NCBI GenBank assembly: GCA_010093995.1
Contig: ML992512.1
Span: forward strand, 939,831-1,003,830
Direction of reading: 5' to 3'
Source of the DNA: Elsinoe ampelina
Taxonomy: Eukaryota
Length of the DNA: 64,000 nucleotides
Shown here: positions 38,610 through 50,911 of the stretch, piece by piece
Layout: every line of letters starts with the position of its first letter
Position numbering within the stretch: position 1 is the stretch's first letter
Translations under genes and position numbers: made by a program
Notes under the pieces: generated by a model
The model's database searches: none
Told to the model about the DNA's origin: nothing
What the model saw: the letters and a program-made list of their open reading frames with translations, nothing else

Positions 38610-39765
38610 TCATGCATCTCCCGCAGATCTCCCCCTCTCATCCATTTCGTCCTTTCTATACAGGAAGAATTGCGCAAACACCCCCATGTCCAAGAACAGT
38701 GTACCCAGACTGCCCAACAGCCAACTCAAATTAACCAGGATATAGCGTCCATAAATGCTTTTGGCCTCGCCGGGCTGACATCCATGCTTGCCGCCTTTGC
38801 ACGCCGGTTCAAATGCGAAGATGCTAAAAACGTAGGTCAAGTTGCCGATACACGCGAAGAGAAAGAATAGAGCGTTCAAGCCTTCTGTCGATTTTCTCCT
38901 GTAGTTCAAAAGAAGCTGGGGTATGCGACTGCCCAGGTAGAGAAGGGCGCAAAGATAGCCGAAGACTTGACCCCATGTGCTAATGGTCAGGGTATCGTCT
39001 TGTTGTGCTGGATCGTGGTCACCGTCCTGGGAGTTGTTGGATGGGGAGAGGTAGTAGCCTCCTACGCCGGCCACGACGACCACAACGATGGCGGTGAGGT
39101 TGAAGAGGACTTTCTTCCAGAGTGGTCGGGGTAGCGGTCGGGCAGGCTCTGTCTTTGGGGCAGGATGCAGAGGTGTAGCGGGCGAGAAGTGCTCGCCCAA
39201 CGTAGTGAAGCGATCACCGAGGGAGGAGACCGACTGAGAACGGGGATGGTCTGCGTCTTGCGGGCCAGGATGTGACGAGGAGTTGCCATTGAGGAGCGCG
39301 GTCCGTTCGTTGGCATGCCCGTCGCTAGCAGAGCCATTCGAGGCGGGCTTGGGCTTTGGGTCGCGGAGAGTGAAGCCGCGGTAGTAGAAGCACTGAGCAA
39401 GCAGAACGATGTCGGCAAGGGTGTAGTAAATGGCAAGGATGATCTGTACCAGGTCAGATCTAGCGTTCAGCGTGAGAAGTCGTACAACATACCATCGTTG
39501 GCAGGACCTTCTGCAGCACAGCGCCAATAATGTTGGCAAAGTCACCGAGAAGCCATATTATAATGAATTCAATGCTAAGACCTTCTGCACTGCTTCGTCT
39601 GAAATTCTCTATGATTTGAGGAGAGAAGACAACAACCCAACAGGCTGTAAGTGGTTAGAAGCAGACCGATATGGCTGTGTGGAATCATATACCGATTGAT
39701 ATGGAACCACAGATACCAGAAATTGCCTCTACGTCTAGACTGTAACCTTGGGATGGAGGGAACAT
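38610..39765 (-). CDS. PQ-loop vacuolar cationic amino-acid transporter (Ypq/Rtc2 family), multi-exon
   Basis: ISGICGSISI start, YYTLADIVLLAQCFYY, LYLGSRIPQLLLNYRRKSTEGL, WLLGSLGTLFLD. Confidence 0.85.
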
Positions 39766-40131
39766 GATGGCGTATGGGTCAAAGAGTGAGGACCCTCTAC
39801 GCAATGCCGCTGTAGATTTGATCGCTATTTGCCGTGGATCAAGATCATCGGTGTCTCAAGATATAAATGAAAGACGTAGGGAAACGACCCAGAAACACTC
39901 TCAAAGATCGTGAGGAAGTACGTGAAGAGCCCGAGGACTGCAGAAGTCGAATTGGTTACGTAAGTACCGAGATCTCGCGACGCTGCCACCGGCAGATCTT
40001 CGGGCCCTTCGCGGGGCAAAAACTTTGGTGGGGTTTGAGCCGCATTGCGCAGGTCCAAGAGTGGCACCAGAAAAAAAGTGGCTCACACTGCAACGCGTCT
40101 GTTGAAAGAACGATATCGCGAGAGCATGGAC

Positions 40132-40138
40132 TGAGTCA
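40132..40138. promoter_or_regulatory. CpcA/Gcn4 consensus site in the YPQ/ADE6 divergent promoter
   Basis: TGAGTCA about 30 nt upstream of the ADE6 ATG. Confidence 0.45.
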
Positions 40139-40167
40139 AGCGCTTTTACTTGCTTGTGGCCTTCACC

Positions 40168-43100
40168 ATGATGTGTGACAAGACATCGTTCCTCGCCATC
40201 CCAGGCTCGCTCGCCTTTTCCGACTTTCGCCTCGCCCGCTTGGCGAACGCCCTTGGTGCTAGCGATGTCAGAGCTTTATGGGTTCACTACGTAAACCCCC
40301 TTCAACAAATCGGTAGAGGCGAAAGGGACATCCTCGATCAACTCCTGCAATATGGCGAGCGACCTCGACAGGATGACCTCTTGACACAAGTCATACTCGA
40401 TGCTCTCCGCAATCCGCGACCTAACCAGGACTCTCATTTGGGACTATATTATGTAGCCCCTCGACCTGGTACCATCTCGCCATGGAGCTCGAAAGCGACA
40501 AGTATCGCCCAGGTCTGTGGCCTGAACGAGCACGTGAAGCGTATCGAGCGTGGTATGGTCATTGCAGCGACCTTCAAGGAGCCGCCATCGCCAGATACCA
40601 TTCCCAATGCCGATGCTCTACATGATCGGATGACCCAAATCATCAGTCTATCTCCTCCTTCACTGGAGGAAATGTTTGCCGAGAGCGAACCTGGTATAGC
40701 AGAGCAGATCGACTTGGGAGTAGATGGTCAACCTCCTCGACAGGCTCTTCAAGCTGCCAATCGTAGGCTGGGCCTTGCTTTGGATGAATCCGAAATCGAC
40801 TACCTGGTCGATGCCTACACGAATCAGCTGAAAAGGGCGCCAATGGATGTTGAATTATTCATGTTTGCCCAGGTAAATTCCGAGCACTGCCGGCATAAAC
40901 AATTCAATGCGGAGTGGACGATTGATGGCATGCGGAAAAGCCACAGTCTATTTTCGATGATTCGGAATACCCACAAACGCAATCCTCAGAAAGTCGTCAG
41001 CGCATACAGCGATAATGCTGCGGTGATGGAAGGGTTCAACGCATCTCATTGGGCGCCAGATCACTCCACCGGCGAGTGGAAGAACACCAAGGAGATGGTT
41101 CATTATCTCGCAAAGGTCGAGACGCACAATCATCCCACAGCAGTATCGCCTTATCCAGGTGCAGCTACTGGCTCTGGTGGCGAGATCAGGGACGAAGGTG
41201 CTGTTGGACGAGGATCGCGACCGAAGACTGGACTTGCCGGCTTCAATGTCTCTGATCTGATCATACCCGGACATGAGCAGCCATGGGAAATGAACGTTGG
41301 AAAGCCCGCACATATCGCAAGCAGTCTTGACATTATGCTCGAAGCACCGATTGGGGCGGCTGCGTTCAACAACGAGTTTGGACGACCCTGCACGACCGGT
41401 TACTTTAGAACCCTCACGACAAAAGTCCTGGACAAGGATGGTCGTGAAGAAATCAGAGGTTATCACAAGCCTATCATGATCGCAGGAGGTGTCGGTACCG
41501 TACGACCACAGCATGCACTGAAGCCGGATTCACTAGTCAAGTCAGGAGCACATCTCATTGTGCTCGGTGGGCCAGCCATGCTGATAGGCCTTGGAGGAGG
41601 TGCTGCTTCCAGTATACAGTCCGGAGAAGGCAGCGTGGACTTGGATTTTGCAAGCGTACAGAGAGGCAATGCCGAAGTACAACGGCGAGCACAAGAAGTC
41701 ATCAACACATGTGCTTCACTCGGCTCTCAGAATCCCATCCAGCTCATCCACGATGTTGGTGCAGGCGGTCTCTCGAATGCCCTACCGGAGATCGTACACG
41801 ATGCCGGTATGGGGGCCAAATTTGAGCTTCGCGAAGTTGACAATGCCGATCGAAGTCTGAGTCCGCTACAGATCTGGTGCTGCGAGGCACAAGAGCGGTA
41901 TGTCATGGCAGTCGCTCCTGAAGGACTCGAGACATTCACGAAGATTGCGAAACGTGAGAGGTGCGGGTATTCCGTGGTGGGAAAAGCGACCGATGGGGGT
42001 CCTACAAATGACAAACGCCTGATCCTGATGGACCGCGAGTCGACGACCTATCCGAAGCCTATCGACCTACCTATGGCCATCTTGTTTGGTAAACCGCCTC
42101 GAATGACCAGAATTGTGGACAGCAGACTGTTTCGTCTCCCAAAATTCGACAACACACTCAAGACCTACCTTCCTACCTCGGATCAACTACTGCCCGAAGC
42201 TATTGACAGAGTTTTGGCATTACCGTCTGTTGGATCAAAGTCCTTTCTCATCACGATCGGGGACCGCACGGTAGGTGGTCTTACCGTCAGAGATCAAATG
42301 GTCGGACCATGGCAGACACCGGTCGCCGATGTATCTGTGACCGCATCATCACTGCTTGGTGGTGTCAAGACCGGTGAAGCAATGGCTATGGGCGAAAAGC
42401 CAACTCTTGCTCTGATCAGTCCCCGCTCTTCGGCTCGCATGGCTGTTGCGGAATCTTTGATGAATCTGGCAGCTGCAAGCATGCCGGACAGATTGAGTAG
42501 AGTCATCCTCTCAGCCAACTGGATGGCGGCAAGTGGTCATCCCGGCGAAGGAGCTAATCTGTACGAGGCGGTCGAAGCCATCGGTATGGAATTGTGCCCG
42601 GAGCTGGGCATCAGTATTCCTGTCGGCAAAGATTCCATGTCAATGAAGATGAAGTGGAATGACCAGAAGACAGGGGGGAGCAAGGAAGTTACTGGACCGC
42701 TCTCACTCGTCATTACCGCCTTTGGAGCCGTGGATCACATCGACAGGACCTGGACTCCAGCTTTGCGAAGACCAGAAGATGTGGGCGAGAGCACAATCTT
42801 CTTTGTGGATCTAGCTGGTGGCAAGAAAGCTATGGGGGGTTCGGCACTTGCACAGACATTCGGCCAAGTTGGAGACGAAGCACCAGATGTTCGGGATGTC
42901 GAGCTCTTCAAGGACTTCTATGATGCCGTTGAGCAGCTTCACGAAGCCGGAATTGTGCTCGCCTACCACGACCGATCTGATGGTGGTCTCTTTACGACAC
43001 TTGCAGAGATGATGTTTGCTGGACGATGCGGCCTTGACATTATGTTGGACGACATATCCGAGACTGCGCAGCTTACCGACTTGATTCCGGCATTATTCAA

Positions 43101-44283
43101 CGAGGAGCTTGGTGCAGTCTTTCAAGTACGGAAAAAGGACGAGCAGGAGTTCATCGGCTGCTTCGCTAGCTCTGGACCACCGAAAGGTCTGATAAGAAAG
43201 ATTGGACGTGTCCCACCTGCGTCGAAACAGGACCTGACGTTCACGGTCAACCATCGCCAAGTTTACCAAGCGAGCAGGATAGCACTCCAGCAACGATGGG
43301 CATCAACCTCGCACGCCATGCAGCGCATCCGCGACAACCCGGCTTGCGCCGACGCAGAACATGAGAATATTCTGGACAGCAAAGACCCTGGCCTTTCATA
43401 CAAGCTGACATTCAATCCAAGCGACTCGATTCTACCACTCAAAACAAGTTTGACATCGACGGTCTTCAATCGACCACAAGTCGCCATTCTCCGAGAGCAA
43501 GGCGTCAATGGTCAGTCGGAGATGGCGTTCGCATTTGCGGCTGCTGGCTTTGCTCCCATTGATGTCCACATGACTGATATTCTGTCCGGTCGTATTTCTC
43601 TCGCCTCTTTCAAGGGTCTCGCTGCTTGCGGAGGGTTCTCTTACGGAGATGTGCTGGGTGCTGGGCAAGGATGGTCCAAATCTGTTCTTTTGCACCAGGA
43701 CACCCGCGAAGAGTTTAGAAAGTTCTTTGCCCGGCCCGACTCTTTTACGCTAGGTGTCTGCAATGGTTGTCAATTCTTGTCCCGACTGAAAAGCATCATC
43801 CCTGGTGCTGAGCTGTGGCCAACATTCGAGCAGAACGCTAGTGAGCAATACGAAGCCCGTGTTTGCATGGTTCAGGTGCAGGACGACTATGAAGAGCAAA
43901 CAAAGACGCCGAGTGTGTTCTTGCATGGTATGAGCGGATCTTACCTACCTATTGCCACGGCGCACAGCGAAGGCAAAGCGACGTTTACAGACGCTGGACC
44001 CACTGGGCCTCAGCGACTCATCGACGAGGGTCTCGTGAGCCTGCGCTACACCGACAACTATCTCACACCTACGGAAAAATACCCTTTCAATCCCAACGGT
44101 AGTCCCTTGGGTATTGCTGGAGTTCGTACACCGGATGGAAAGGTGCTGGCGCTGATGCCACATCCCGAAAGAACCATTCTCAGCGATGTTGGCAGCTACG
44201 TGCCGAGAGAGTTGGCCGACAAGTGGGGCGAATATGGCCCATGGGTGAGAATGTTCAAGAGTGCGAGGCGATGGGTAGGTTGA
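40168..44283 (+). CDS. ADE6: Phosphoribosylformylglycinamidine synthase (PurL)
   Basis: [58 protein letters not shown]; intronless. Confidence 0.97.
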   Translation: MMCDKTSFLAIPGSLAFSDFRLARLANALGASDVRALWVHYVNPLQQIGRGERDILDQLLQYGERPRQDDLLTQVILDALRNPRPNQDSHLGLYYVAPRPGTISPWSSKATSIAQVCGLNEHVKRIERGMVIAATFKEPPSPDTIPNADALHDRMTQIISLSPPSLEEMFAESEPGIAEQIDLGVDGQPPRQALQAANRRLGLALDESEIDYLVDAYTNQLKRAPMDVELFMFAQVNSEHCRHKQFNAEWTIDGMRKSHSLFSMIRNTHKRNPQKVVSAYSDNAAVMEGFNASHWAPDHSTGEWKNTKEMVHYLAKVETHNHPTAVSPYPGAATGSGGEIRDEGAVGRGSRPKTGLAGFNVSDLIIPGHEQPWEMNVGKPAHIASSLDIMLEAPIGAAAFNNEFGRPCTTGYFRTLTTKVLDKDGREEIRGYHKPIMIAGGVGTVRPQHALKPDSLVKSGAHLIVLGGPAMLIGLGGGAASSIQSGEGSVDLDFASVQRGNAEVQRRAQEVINTCASLGSQNPIQLIHDVGAGGLSNALPEIVHDAGMGAKFELREVDNADRSLSPLQIWCCEAQERYVMAVAPEGLETFTKIAKRERCGYSVVGKATDGGPTNDKRLILMDRESTTYPKPIDLPMAILFGKPPRMTRIVDSRLFRLPKFDNTLKTYLPTSDQLLPEAIDRVLALPSVGSKSFLITIGDRTVGGLTVRDQMVGPWQTPVADVSVTASSLLGGVKTGEAMAMGEKPTLALISPRSSARMAVAESLMNLAAASMPDRLSRVILSANWMAASGHPGEGANLYEAVEAIGMELCPELGISIPVGKDSMSMKMKWNDQKTGGSKEVTGPLSLVITAFGAVDHIDRTWTPALRRPEDVGESTIFFVDLAGGKKAMGGSALAQTFGQVGDEAPDVRDVELFKDFYDAVEQLHEAGIVLAYHDRSDGGLFTTLAEMMFAGRCGLDIMLDDISETAQLTDLIPALFNEELGAVFQVRKKDEQEFIGCFASSGPPKGLIRKIGRVPPASKQDLTFTVNHRQVYQASRIALQQRWASTSHAMQRIRDNPACADAEHENILDSKDPGLSYKLTFNPSDSILPLKTSLTSTVFNRPQVAILREQGVNGQSEMAFAFAAAGFAPIDVHMTDILSGRISLASFKGLAACGGFSYGDVLGAGQGWSKSVLLHQDTREEFRKFFARPDSFTLGVCNGCQFLSRLKSIIPGAELWPTFEQNASEQYEARVCMVQVQDDYEEQTKTPSVFLHGMSGSYLPIATAHSEGKATFTDAGPTGPQRLIDEGLVSLRYTDNYLTPTEKYPFNPNGSPLGIAGVRTPDGKVLALMPHPERTILSDVGSYVPRELADKWGEYGPWVRMFKSARRWVG

Positions 44284-45046
44284 TGGTCGTGACTTTGCAT
44301 AGGAGGCCACGTTCGGAGTCGGTGTAGAATGCCATAAGGTATACCAGACAGCACCCAAACGGGCTGGCATAGAATGTGATTTCGGACACAATACCTCGCA
44401 GGACCTCGTAAGAGGAGACGTGTCCACTCTGATATTTTGACTCAGCACGTCACGAACCGTCGCCGTATTTCTCATGATTTCTACCTCGAAGATGGAACTT
44501 CTACAGTGATCGGGACGGTAGTAAAGAGCTTGGTAAAATCCGGTGATTGGCGTTCTTGAGACGGGCCAATTGTTCATCCGGCGAAATTTCCGACGGAATT
44601 TTAGTCTGTTCCCACGATTTGGCAGCTCCTTCGTTTTTCCAGCGGCCGTATGCCCTTCCTCAACTTCTGCCGGCCCTTTCATTTCTCCGATCACACGCTC
44701 CATGTTTCTATGCAAGCCTGTGACACAACGTCACGACGTTATCCCAAAGCGCTGACTCCAGTGATTACCACTACAACTCCCGGCCGAGTGTTCAAGGAGG
44801 CCCTCTATCTGTTTCGAACGGAGCAATGATTGATCCCATCGAGAACAAGATGACACGACCAGAAGAAAGGTATAATACAGTCGATCATGGCTGGTGAAAA
44901 TGGTTTGTATCCATCAGAATTGAAACAATCTGAAAGAGAACGAAAAGAAGTCTCAAGTGTTTCTCAAAGCACCTTGACAAGTCTACTGTCTCAACCACTC
45001 ATCAACATAGATCCCAGCGCCCCTCAGACACTGCAGCTCTTCCACA

Positions 45047-46738
45047 ATGACATCCACTGAGGCTTCATCAAGGTCTGAACCGATACAATCGGACAGCGAC
45101 TCACCATCTCTCGACAAGCCTGAAGATGAAGCTCCTCCATCTTTCAACCCAGGCACCCGATTCTACCTAGCATGGTCGTCACTCATGATCATCGTCCTCA
45201 TGGCCGCCCTAGACGCAACGTCACTTTCCGTCGCCCTGTCCAAGATCGCCCGAGAGCTTCGCGGCTCTGCCATTGAGGCTTTCTGGGCGGGCACATCTTT
45301 CTTGCTCACCGGTACTGTGTTCCAACCCGTCATCGGGTCACTGAGTGGCATATTCGGCCGCAAGCCTTTACTGCAGGCCTCTCTGGTTTTCTTCCTGGCC
45401 GGCGCCATCGTAGCCGCGCTTGCTGGAAGAGCTACTCATGGCATGGCAGTAATGCTTGTTGGACGCAGTATTCAGGGCATTGGAGGCGGCGGTGTCATTG
45501 TCCTGGCTGAGATCCTGCCTACTGATCTTGTCCCACTCCGTCTTCGCGGGAACTATCTGGCATCGATTGGCGCCATGTGGGCTTTGGGCAGTGTCGGAGG
45601 TCCCCTCATTGGTGGAGCTTTCGCCGCTGGCGACGGCAGCAACTGGCCTTGGATATTTTGGATCAATCTCCCTTTCATAGCAATCGGGGGCGGCCTGATG
45701 ATTGCCTTCTTGCAGCTCAACAACCTTCCTGGATCGCTGGCTGCCAAGCTTCGCCGGGTCGACTACATGGGCATGGTCCTTTTCATTGGCTCTACCACTG
45801 GGTTATTGATCCCTTTGACCTGGGGCGGTGTCATGTACTCGTGGTCGTCCTGGCGCACGCTGGTGCCTCTACTGGTATCTGCTGCTGGTCTGGTAGCCTT
45901 TGTCGTGTGGGAGGAGCGTTTCGCGGTAGAGCCACTTATCCCCTTCCGTATCACCAAGAGCTGGACAGCCGCGGCCACCTATATCACTACCTTCCTCCAC
46001 GGTATGGTCCTCTGGTGTCTTCTCTACTACGGGCCCCTCTACTTTGAAGCAGTCAAGGGCTACAGTCCTCTCATCTCCGGTATTGCCCTCTTCCCATCGA
46101 CCTTCACTGTCGCCCCAGCAAGCGTAGTAGTCGGCATCCTTGTCACCAAGACTGGTAAATACCGATGGTCACTTTACATTGGCTGGACTCTCGCCACGCT
46201 TGGCTTTGGCCTTCAGTACCTCATGACGCACACCATTCCTACTGTCGGATGGGTATTCTTCCTCATCATCACCGGCCTCGGCACGGGTCTGCTCTTCCCC
46301 GGTCTCGCTTTCAGCGTTCAAGCAGGTGCCGCAGAGGAGGATGCTGCCTCGGCCGTCGCTCTCTTCACCTTCATGCGCACTTTCGGTCAAGCAATCGGTG
46401 TCGCGGTGGGTGGTGTCGTCTTCCAGAACGCCATCAGGAAGCAGATTGCTTCTCGACCTCTCATCGCCATGAACGCTGCGCAATGGGCGGCCGACTCCAG
46501 TGCGCTGGTGCAAACAATCCATGGCATGCCTGAGGGACAGATCAAGATGGATCTGATCGAGAGCTATGCCGATGCGCTCAAGGTGGTCTGGGCTGTCTGC
46601 TGCGGCTTTGCTGGTCTGGCTCTTCTGCTTACCTTCTTGATCAAGGAATTCAGCTTGGATCGCCAACTGGGAAGCAAGGAGCAATTTGTGGATAGCAGGA
46701 GAACTAGCTCCGAGGAGGCTGGTGCTGAGAAGGCGTGA
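45047..46738 (+). CDS. MFS efflux transporter, 14-TMS DHA2-like
   Basis: ALDAT, SGIFGRKP, GRSIQGIGGGG, GPLIGGAF, WPWIFWINLP; intronless 563 aa. Confidence 0.9.
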   Translation: MTSTEASSRSEPIQSDSDSPSLDKPEDEAPPSFNPGTRFYLAWSSLMIIVLMAALDATSLSVALSKIARELRGSAIEAFWAGTSFLLTGTVFQPVIGSLSGIFGRKPLLQASLVFFLAGAIVAALAGRATHGMAVMLVGRSIQGIGGGGVIVLAEILPTDLVPLRLRGNYLASIGAMWALGSVGGPLIGGAFAAGDGSNWPWIFWINLPFIAIGGGLMIAFLQLNNLPGSLAAKLRRVDYMGMVLFIGSTTGLLIPLTWGGVMYSWSSWRTLVPLLVSAAGLVAFVVWEERFAVEPLIPFRITKSWTAAATYITTFLHGMVLWCLLYYGPLYFEAVKGYSPLISGIALFPSTFTVAPASVVVGILVTKTGKYRWSLYIGWTLATLGFGLQYLMTHTIPTVGWVFFLIITGLGTGLLFPGLAFSVQAGAAEEDAASAVALFTFMRTFGQAIGVAVGGVVFQNAIRKQIASRPLIAMNAAQWAADSSALVQTIHGMPEGQIKMDLIESYADALKVVWAVCCGFAGLALLLTFLIKEFSLDRQLGSKEQFVDSRRTSSEEAGAEKA

Positions 46739-46950
46739 GAGCAGGATGGGTGTCGAGAAGTCTGTATCATGATACTTTATGATAAACGAAAGAGCGTGGA
46801 GTTTGGCAATGTTTTCGATATAGACAAGGGTCAGGATGATAGATCATAATTAGACGAGTAGCTGTAATCTAATTCCACTTATTTCTAGAAAGATCTTCAT
46901 GTCCTCGTTCAACTGCAATAGTCGATTTGTGTTCACATTACTGGTCATGT

Positions 46951-47781
46951 CTACGTTACTATGAGTTCTGCGGAAGCGTCATCGACTAATTGCAGTCCGT
47001 GACCATGCTCGTTCATCACTCGAACGGCCTCCTGCGTTAGCTGGTAACTCCAGTAATAATTGGAGAAGTCGTTCGCGCTCTTGACGTGGGTCGAACTGGA
47101 ATCGGGTGCCGCTGCTCGCGTGTTTCGCACGACTTGTGCTACCCTCTCCGACCTCAGCTCATTGAAGACCTGAAGTCGAGCATGCACCTCGTCAGACTTG
47201 GCACCTTTCAGGACAACTCGCAGTGCTTCGGCATCCTCCAGTGCTTGACATGCTCCCTGTCCTTGGTCTACAGTCTGTCAGTTCTCGTGATCGTTCGACG
47301 CTGATGACCACGCTCACGTGGTCCCATCGCATGACCTGCGTCACCGATGAGAGCAAAGTTGTCCTTCACCAGGGAGTCGAGTGGATCTCGATCCCTCAGC
47401 TGCCTGCCATCCGCCATTGCGAGAGCCTTGAGGACGCTTGGGTGGAAGTCCTTGAACGTCTCGAGAATCTCCTCGACTGAAGCTTTCTCATCCCACTGCA
47501 TACGTCGTTCGCTACTATCTGGAAAGATACCGACAAAGTACCTTCTCAGCCTCGACGTAACGAGCTTTGTGCTTGTCAAAGCCAGCGCGAGCGAAGCTCG
47601 ACCTGAGTAATCTACTGGCATTGACCGAGAACGTTACGGCAGCGCCGACTTTTTTGTGCACAGTAGATGCTCCAAGAACAACCACATCATGGTCCTCTCT
47701 GAGCAGCAATGCTGTAGCTATGCCTGCAATACCGGCACCGCACACGATCACTCTAAGTCGGGATGTGATAGCTTCTACCAT
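46951..47781 (-). pseudogene. FAD-dependent monooxygenase (salicylate hydroxylase-like) with large internal deletion
   Basis: N-terminal VIVCGAGIAG and C-terminal LIGDAGHAMGP/HQGQGACQALEDA are present, but the central DG-motif region is missing. The N-terminal frame stops at 47515. Confidence 0.75.
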
Positions 47782-48133
47782 GTTTGACAGCAGCCTAGCG
47801 AGAGGCCCTGGGGGAAGAAAAGAATCGCATGTTGCTGGACTATTGAAGTACCGCCCTGTCCGAACGTCGCAGGTAAGAGTGCGGGTAGACTGACAGTTCA
47901 CATCACATGAGTTGCGGAAGTCGTGCATCGGTTGTGCAAGTGTATACTTCTGGTTCTCGAAATGTTATCTGTCCCGTCACTGCGATGCAAATGATTAAAA
48001 TCTCCACTGTATTTTGCTCATCCCTCCGGCGCCAAAGCTGGTATCAAGTGAATGTCGTGGCCCATTTCCCGCGAGCAAAAATTAACGTCATCTCTGGCAT
48101 GAAATTATTTACAATGGTCATAATCGTGCTAAT

Positions 48134-49415
48134 CTAGACATAGATGTAGCACAGAGGTCGTTTGGTCGTCGACATGACGTCTCCGATGGTGACAGTCTTC
48201 GCGAGGACACCGAGATCGATCGCATCGGTCAAGGCCGTGTCGCGGCTGGGAGGACTGTTGAAGAGTGTGAGGGTTCCGGCAAGTGCTCTCTCACGGGTAG
48301 CAAGGTCCTGATTCTGCCAGATCCACCAAAGGCGATCGATTTGACCATGATGGAGGAAGAAGTATGGGTCGCCAGGGGAGGCAAAGAGATCTCCCCCTGG
48401 ATCGCCACCAACAAGGAAGTGACCAGCAGTATGCACACCGATAAATCCGTTGGGGAAGTCACCTTGCATGGTGTTCTGGAAGGACAAGATGTCCTGGTTG
48501 TTATTGATAAGAGTGGTCGAGTTTTGATCGTAGAGGTTCGAGGTCGAAGCCGCCGAGCTGATGTCACGGCGGATGCAGCGAGGATTGTATCCAAGTCCAT
48601 CAGGAGACGGGTTGGCGGGAGCGTATGGAAGGACAGGCGAGAGAGGCCCAAGGTTGACCTGGTAGTCCTTGAACGGACCGGAGGTGATGCAGTCACCACC
48701 GTTTCCAGGTGGAAGAGTCAGGGGAGGCGTAGCTGCGGCAAAGATCACGGCAGGAGGGTGCTCACGGTAAGCACCATCGCCGCTCATTGAGGTGTCGGAG
48801 CCATCGAAGACTGGTGCTGCGCGAGGGTTGGACGCTAGCTTTCCCCAGTTGAGGTATGGTTGATATCCGGTGTAGCCGCACTCATTTCGCAAAGCTTGCT
48901 CGTAGGCCCATGTGAAATATCTGTGCCATGACAAGAAGTTTCCAGTGCCGTGGATGGACAAGGTCTGTTGAATGTGCTTCAACATGTTAGTCTTGATGAT
49001 TTGGGATGAGATACTGAGGTCCACATACAATAGCGACAAAATCATCGTATCGGTTCTTCGCTCCTGGGGCGGCGGAACCGACTTGAGAAGGTTTCGATTG
49101 CAAACACTGGACAGCAGAGATGTAGGCCTTCTTCTCCTTTGCGCTAAGTGTGTTCCTACTGAGGTCAGTATCGTTCACGGAGGCATCATGAGTGAGGGCT
49201 TACCATTCTCTCCGCTGAGCGGCTGTGAGTATGTTGCATGTTCCTGGTGCTCCCGAGGTAAATTGAGAGACAGCAAGCTTGATCAGCCCCAAAGCTGCAA
49301 GCTTGTCTGTACCGGCGGTGCTGTCTGGTGTCCATGCTGGCGCAGGTGCACGCTTGACAGGGCCAGCACTAACGACCGTAGCCGCAGCAGCGGACAGAAG
49401 CCAAAGAAGATGCAT
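48134..49415 (-). CDS. Secreted tyrosinase-like di-copper protein, three exons
   Basis: Signal peptide, RREW, YDDFVAIH, IHGTGNFLSWHR (CuA), VHTAGH and DPYFFLHHGQIDRLW (CuB), terminal CYIY; no C-terminal shielding domain. Confidence 0.9.
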
Positions 49416-50911
49416 AATGTAATGCCCACGTGGATGACTGCCTGAAAGAAGAGTCGAAGATCAGCGATTATCCACTACTGTGCAGTATACACGTGGTGCA
49501 CGTTGGAGTAATGGGCTGCATGAAACCGTCATGGGAACCTGCATATATAGATACAAATAGAGGTCTCATTAGAGCCATTGGATAGCGCAATATGATCAAC
49601 GCGCAGTACCCACCGGAATCCTGACTATGCAGCCACAAGGGTGACAGAACATGTCTAGCTCACCTGTCATGCCAGGAAAACCAAGTGCCGAACGAGTGGG
49701 AGGCGGCGCGGGCTTGCGGGAAATGTCCAGGCTCGTCCCGTTATGGAAAAAGACTTTTGGGGCCCTGCAATTTAAGTTGACCTACGCCCGGGATTGCCCC
49801 ACTGCGGCGTGGTGAAGATGCAGGGCAAGCCCCAGAGGGGGGGCTGACTTTCCAGAAGGCTTCTCTAGACCAAGTTGGGGCGAGACTGGATCTCCTTGAC
49901 GACGAGTCGAAGGATTCATGCAGCTGACGGTGAGCAGCTTCGAAGAGATGTGCTTGAGACACCCAATTCCCGCAGCGTAACAGCTTGGATGAAATGATAG
50001 TCTCAGACGACACAAGCGAGGCGTCCGGAAATGAAGCCTTTAGGGCTCGCTGGGCACCTGATCCACGATAAAGTGAAGATTGATCTCCCTGCCAATGACG
50101 ATCAATGGAGCCACGTGCGAGGGCCTGAGAAACATCACGCCGCACGCGAGGTGCGACGACGGCATAGAATTGCCGTTGGTTTTTGCTTTTGTGTCGACCG
50201 CGATAGGGCACGGCCGGGAACCGGTCACAGGCAGCGTGGCTGTCCGTTGGAGAGAAAAAGAACAGACGCCCCCCTGCATGGACGAAGCTAAGTAGACGAC
50301 ACTATTGCCTTCTAGGCGGGATAGGAAACCGCACGGAAGTCATCGTATCCGAAGTCATGGCTCTCGCACGTAGTCCTGGAGAGGGAAGAGCTACGCAGCT
50401 ATTGGAACAAAAGACGAAGGAGGCAAAGACATAGAGGTTACCGTTGGGTGGCACTCTGTGCTGATCAGAGCCGAAACAGACGTTTGCGCTCTGGTGGCAG
50501 GATTCAAGCTCGGCGCCGCTGATATACCTGGTCCTTTCCATATCCTGGTGTACCCGTCATGCATATCCTCGGTTGTTTAGGCAGATTTGCAGAGGTCCTG
50601 AATATGGACAACGGCTGATCAGCATGTCGCGTTGGTGGACTCGCAATCGACTTGTGTGCCCTGGGTCGGTGAAGACTCCTCTGACAATCTCAGCATCCCT
50701 GCCGCCGGCAAGAGGGGGCCGTGTGATTTCTTCGGCTCGCATCAGGCACTAACTCGGACGGGATCGTGCAAGTGTGCATCCCATGGTGAGCTATTGGAAT
50801 GGTACGGGCTCTTCCTGTAACAGATGTGCAATTATACATGCATACACATAAAGATCCCTGATCGCCGGTCAAGATCTGTCCGCGCACCTTTGCTGCATCG
50901 TTGCGTACATC

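Noticed and set aside
43945..44715. 256-aa minus-strand ORF overlapping the ADE6 3' end
   Set aside because: Non-ATG start, antisense to a conserved gene, no motifs.
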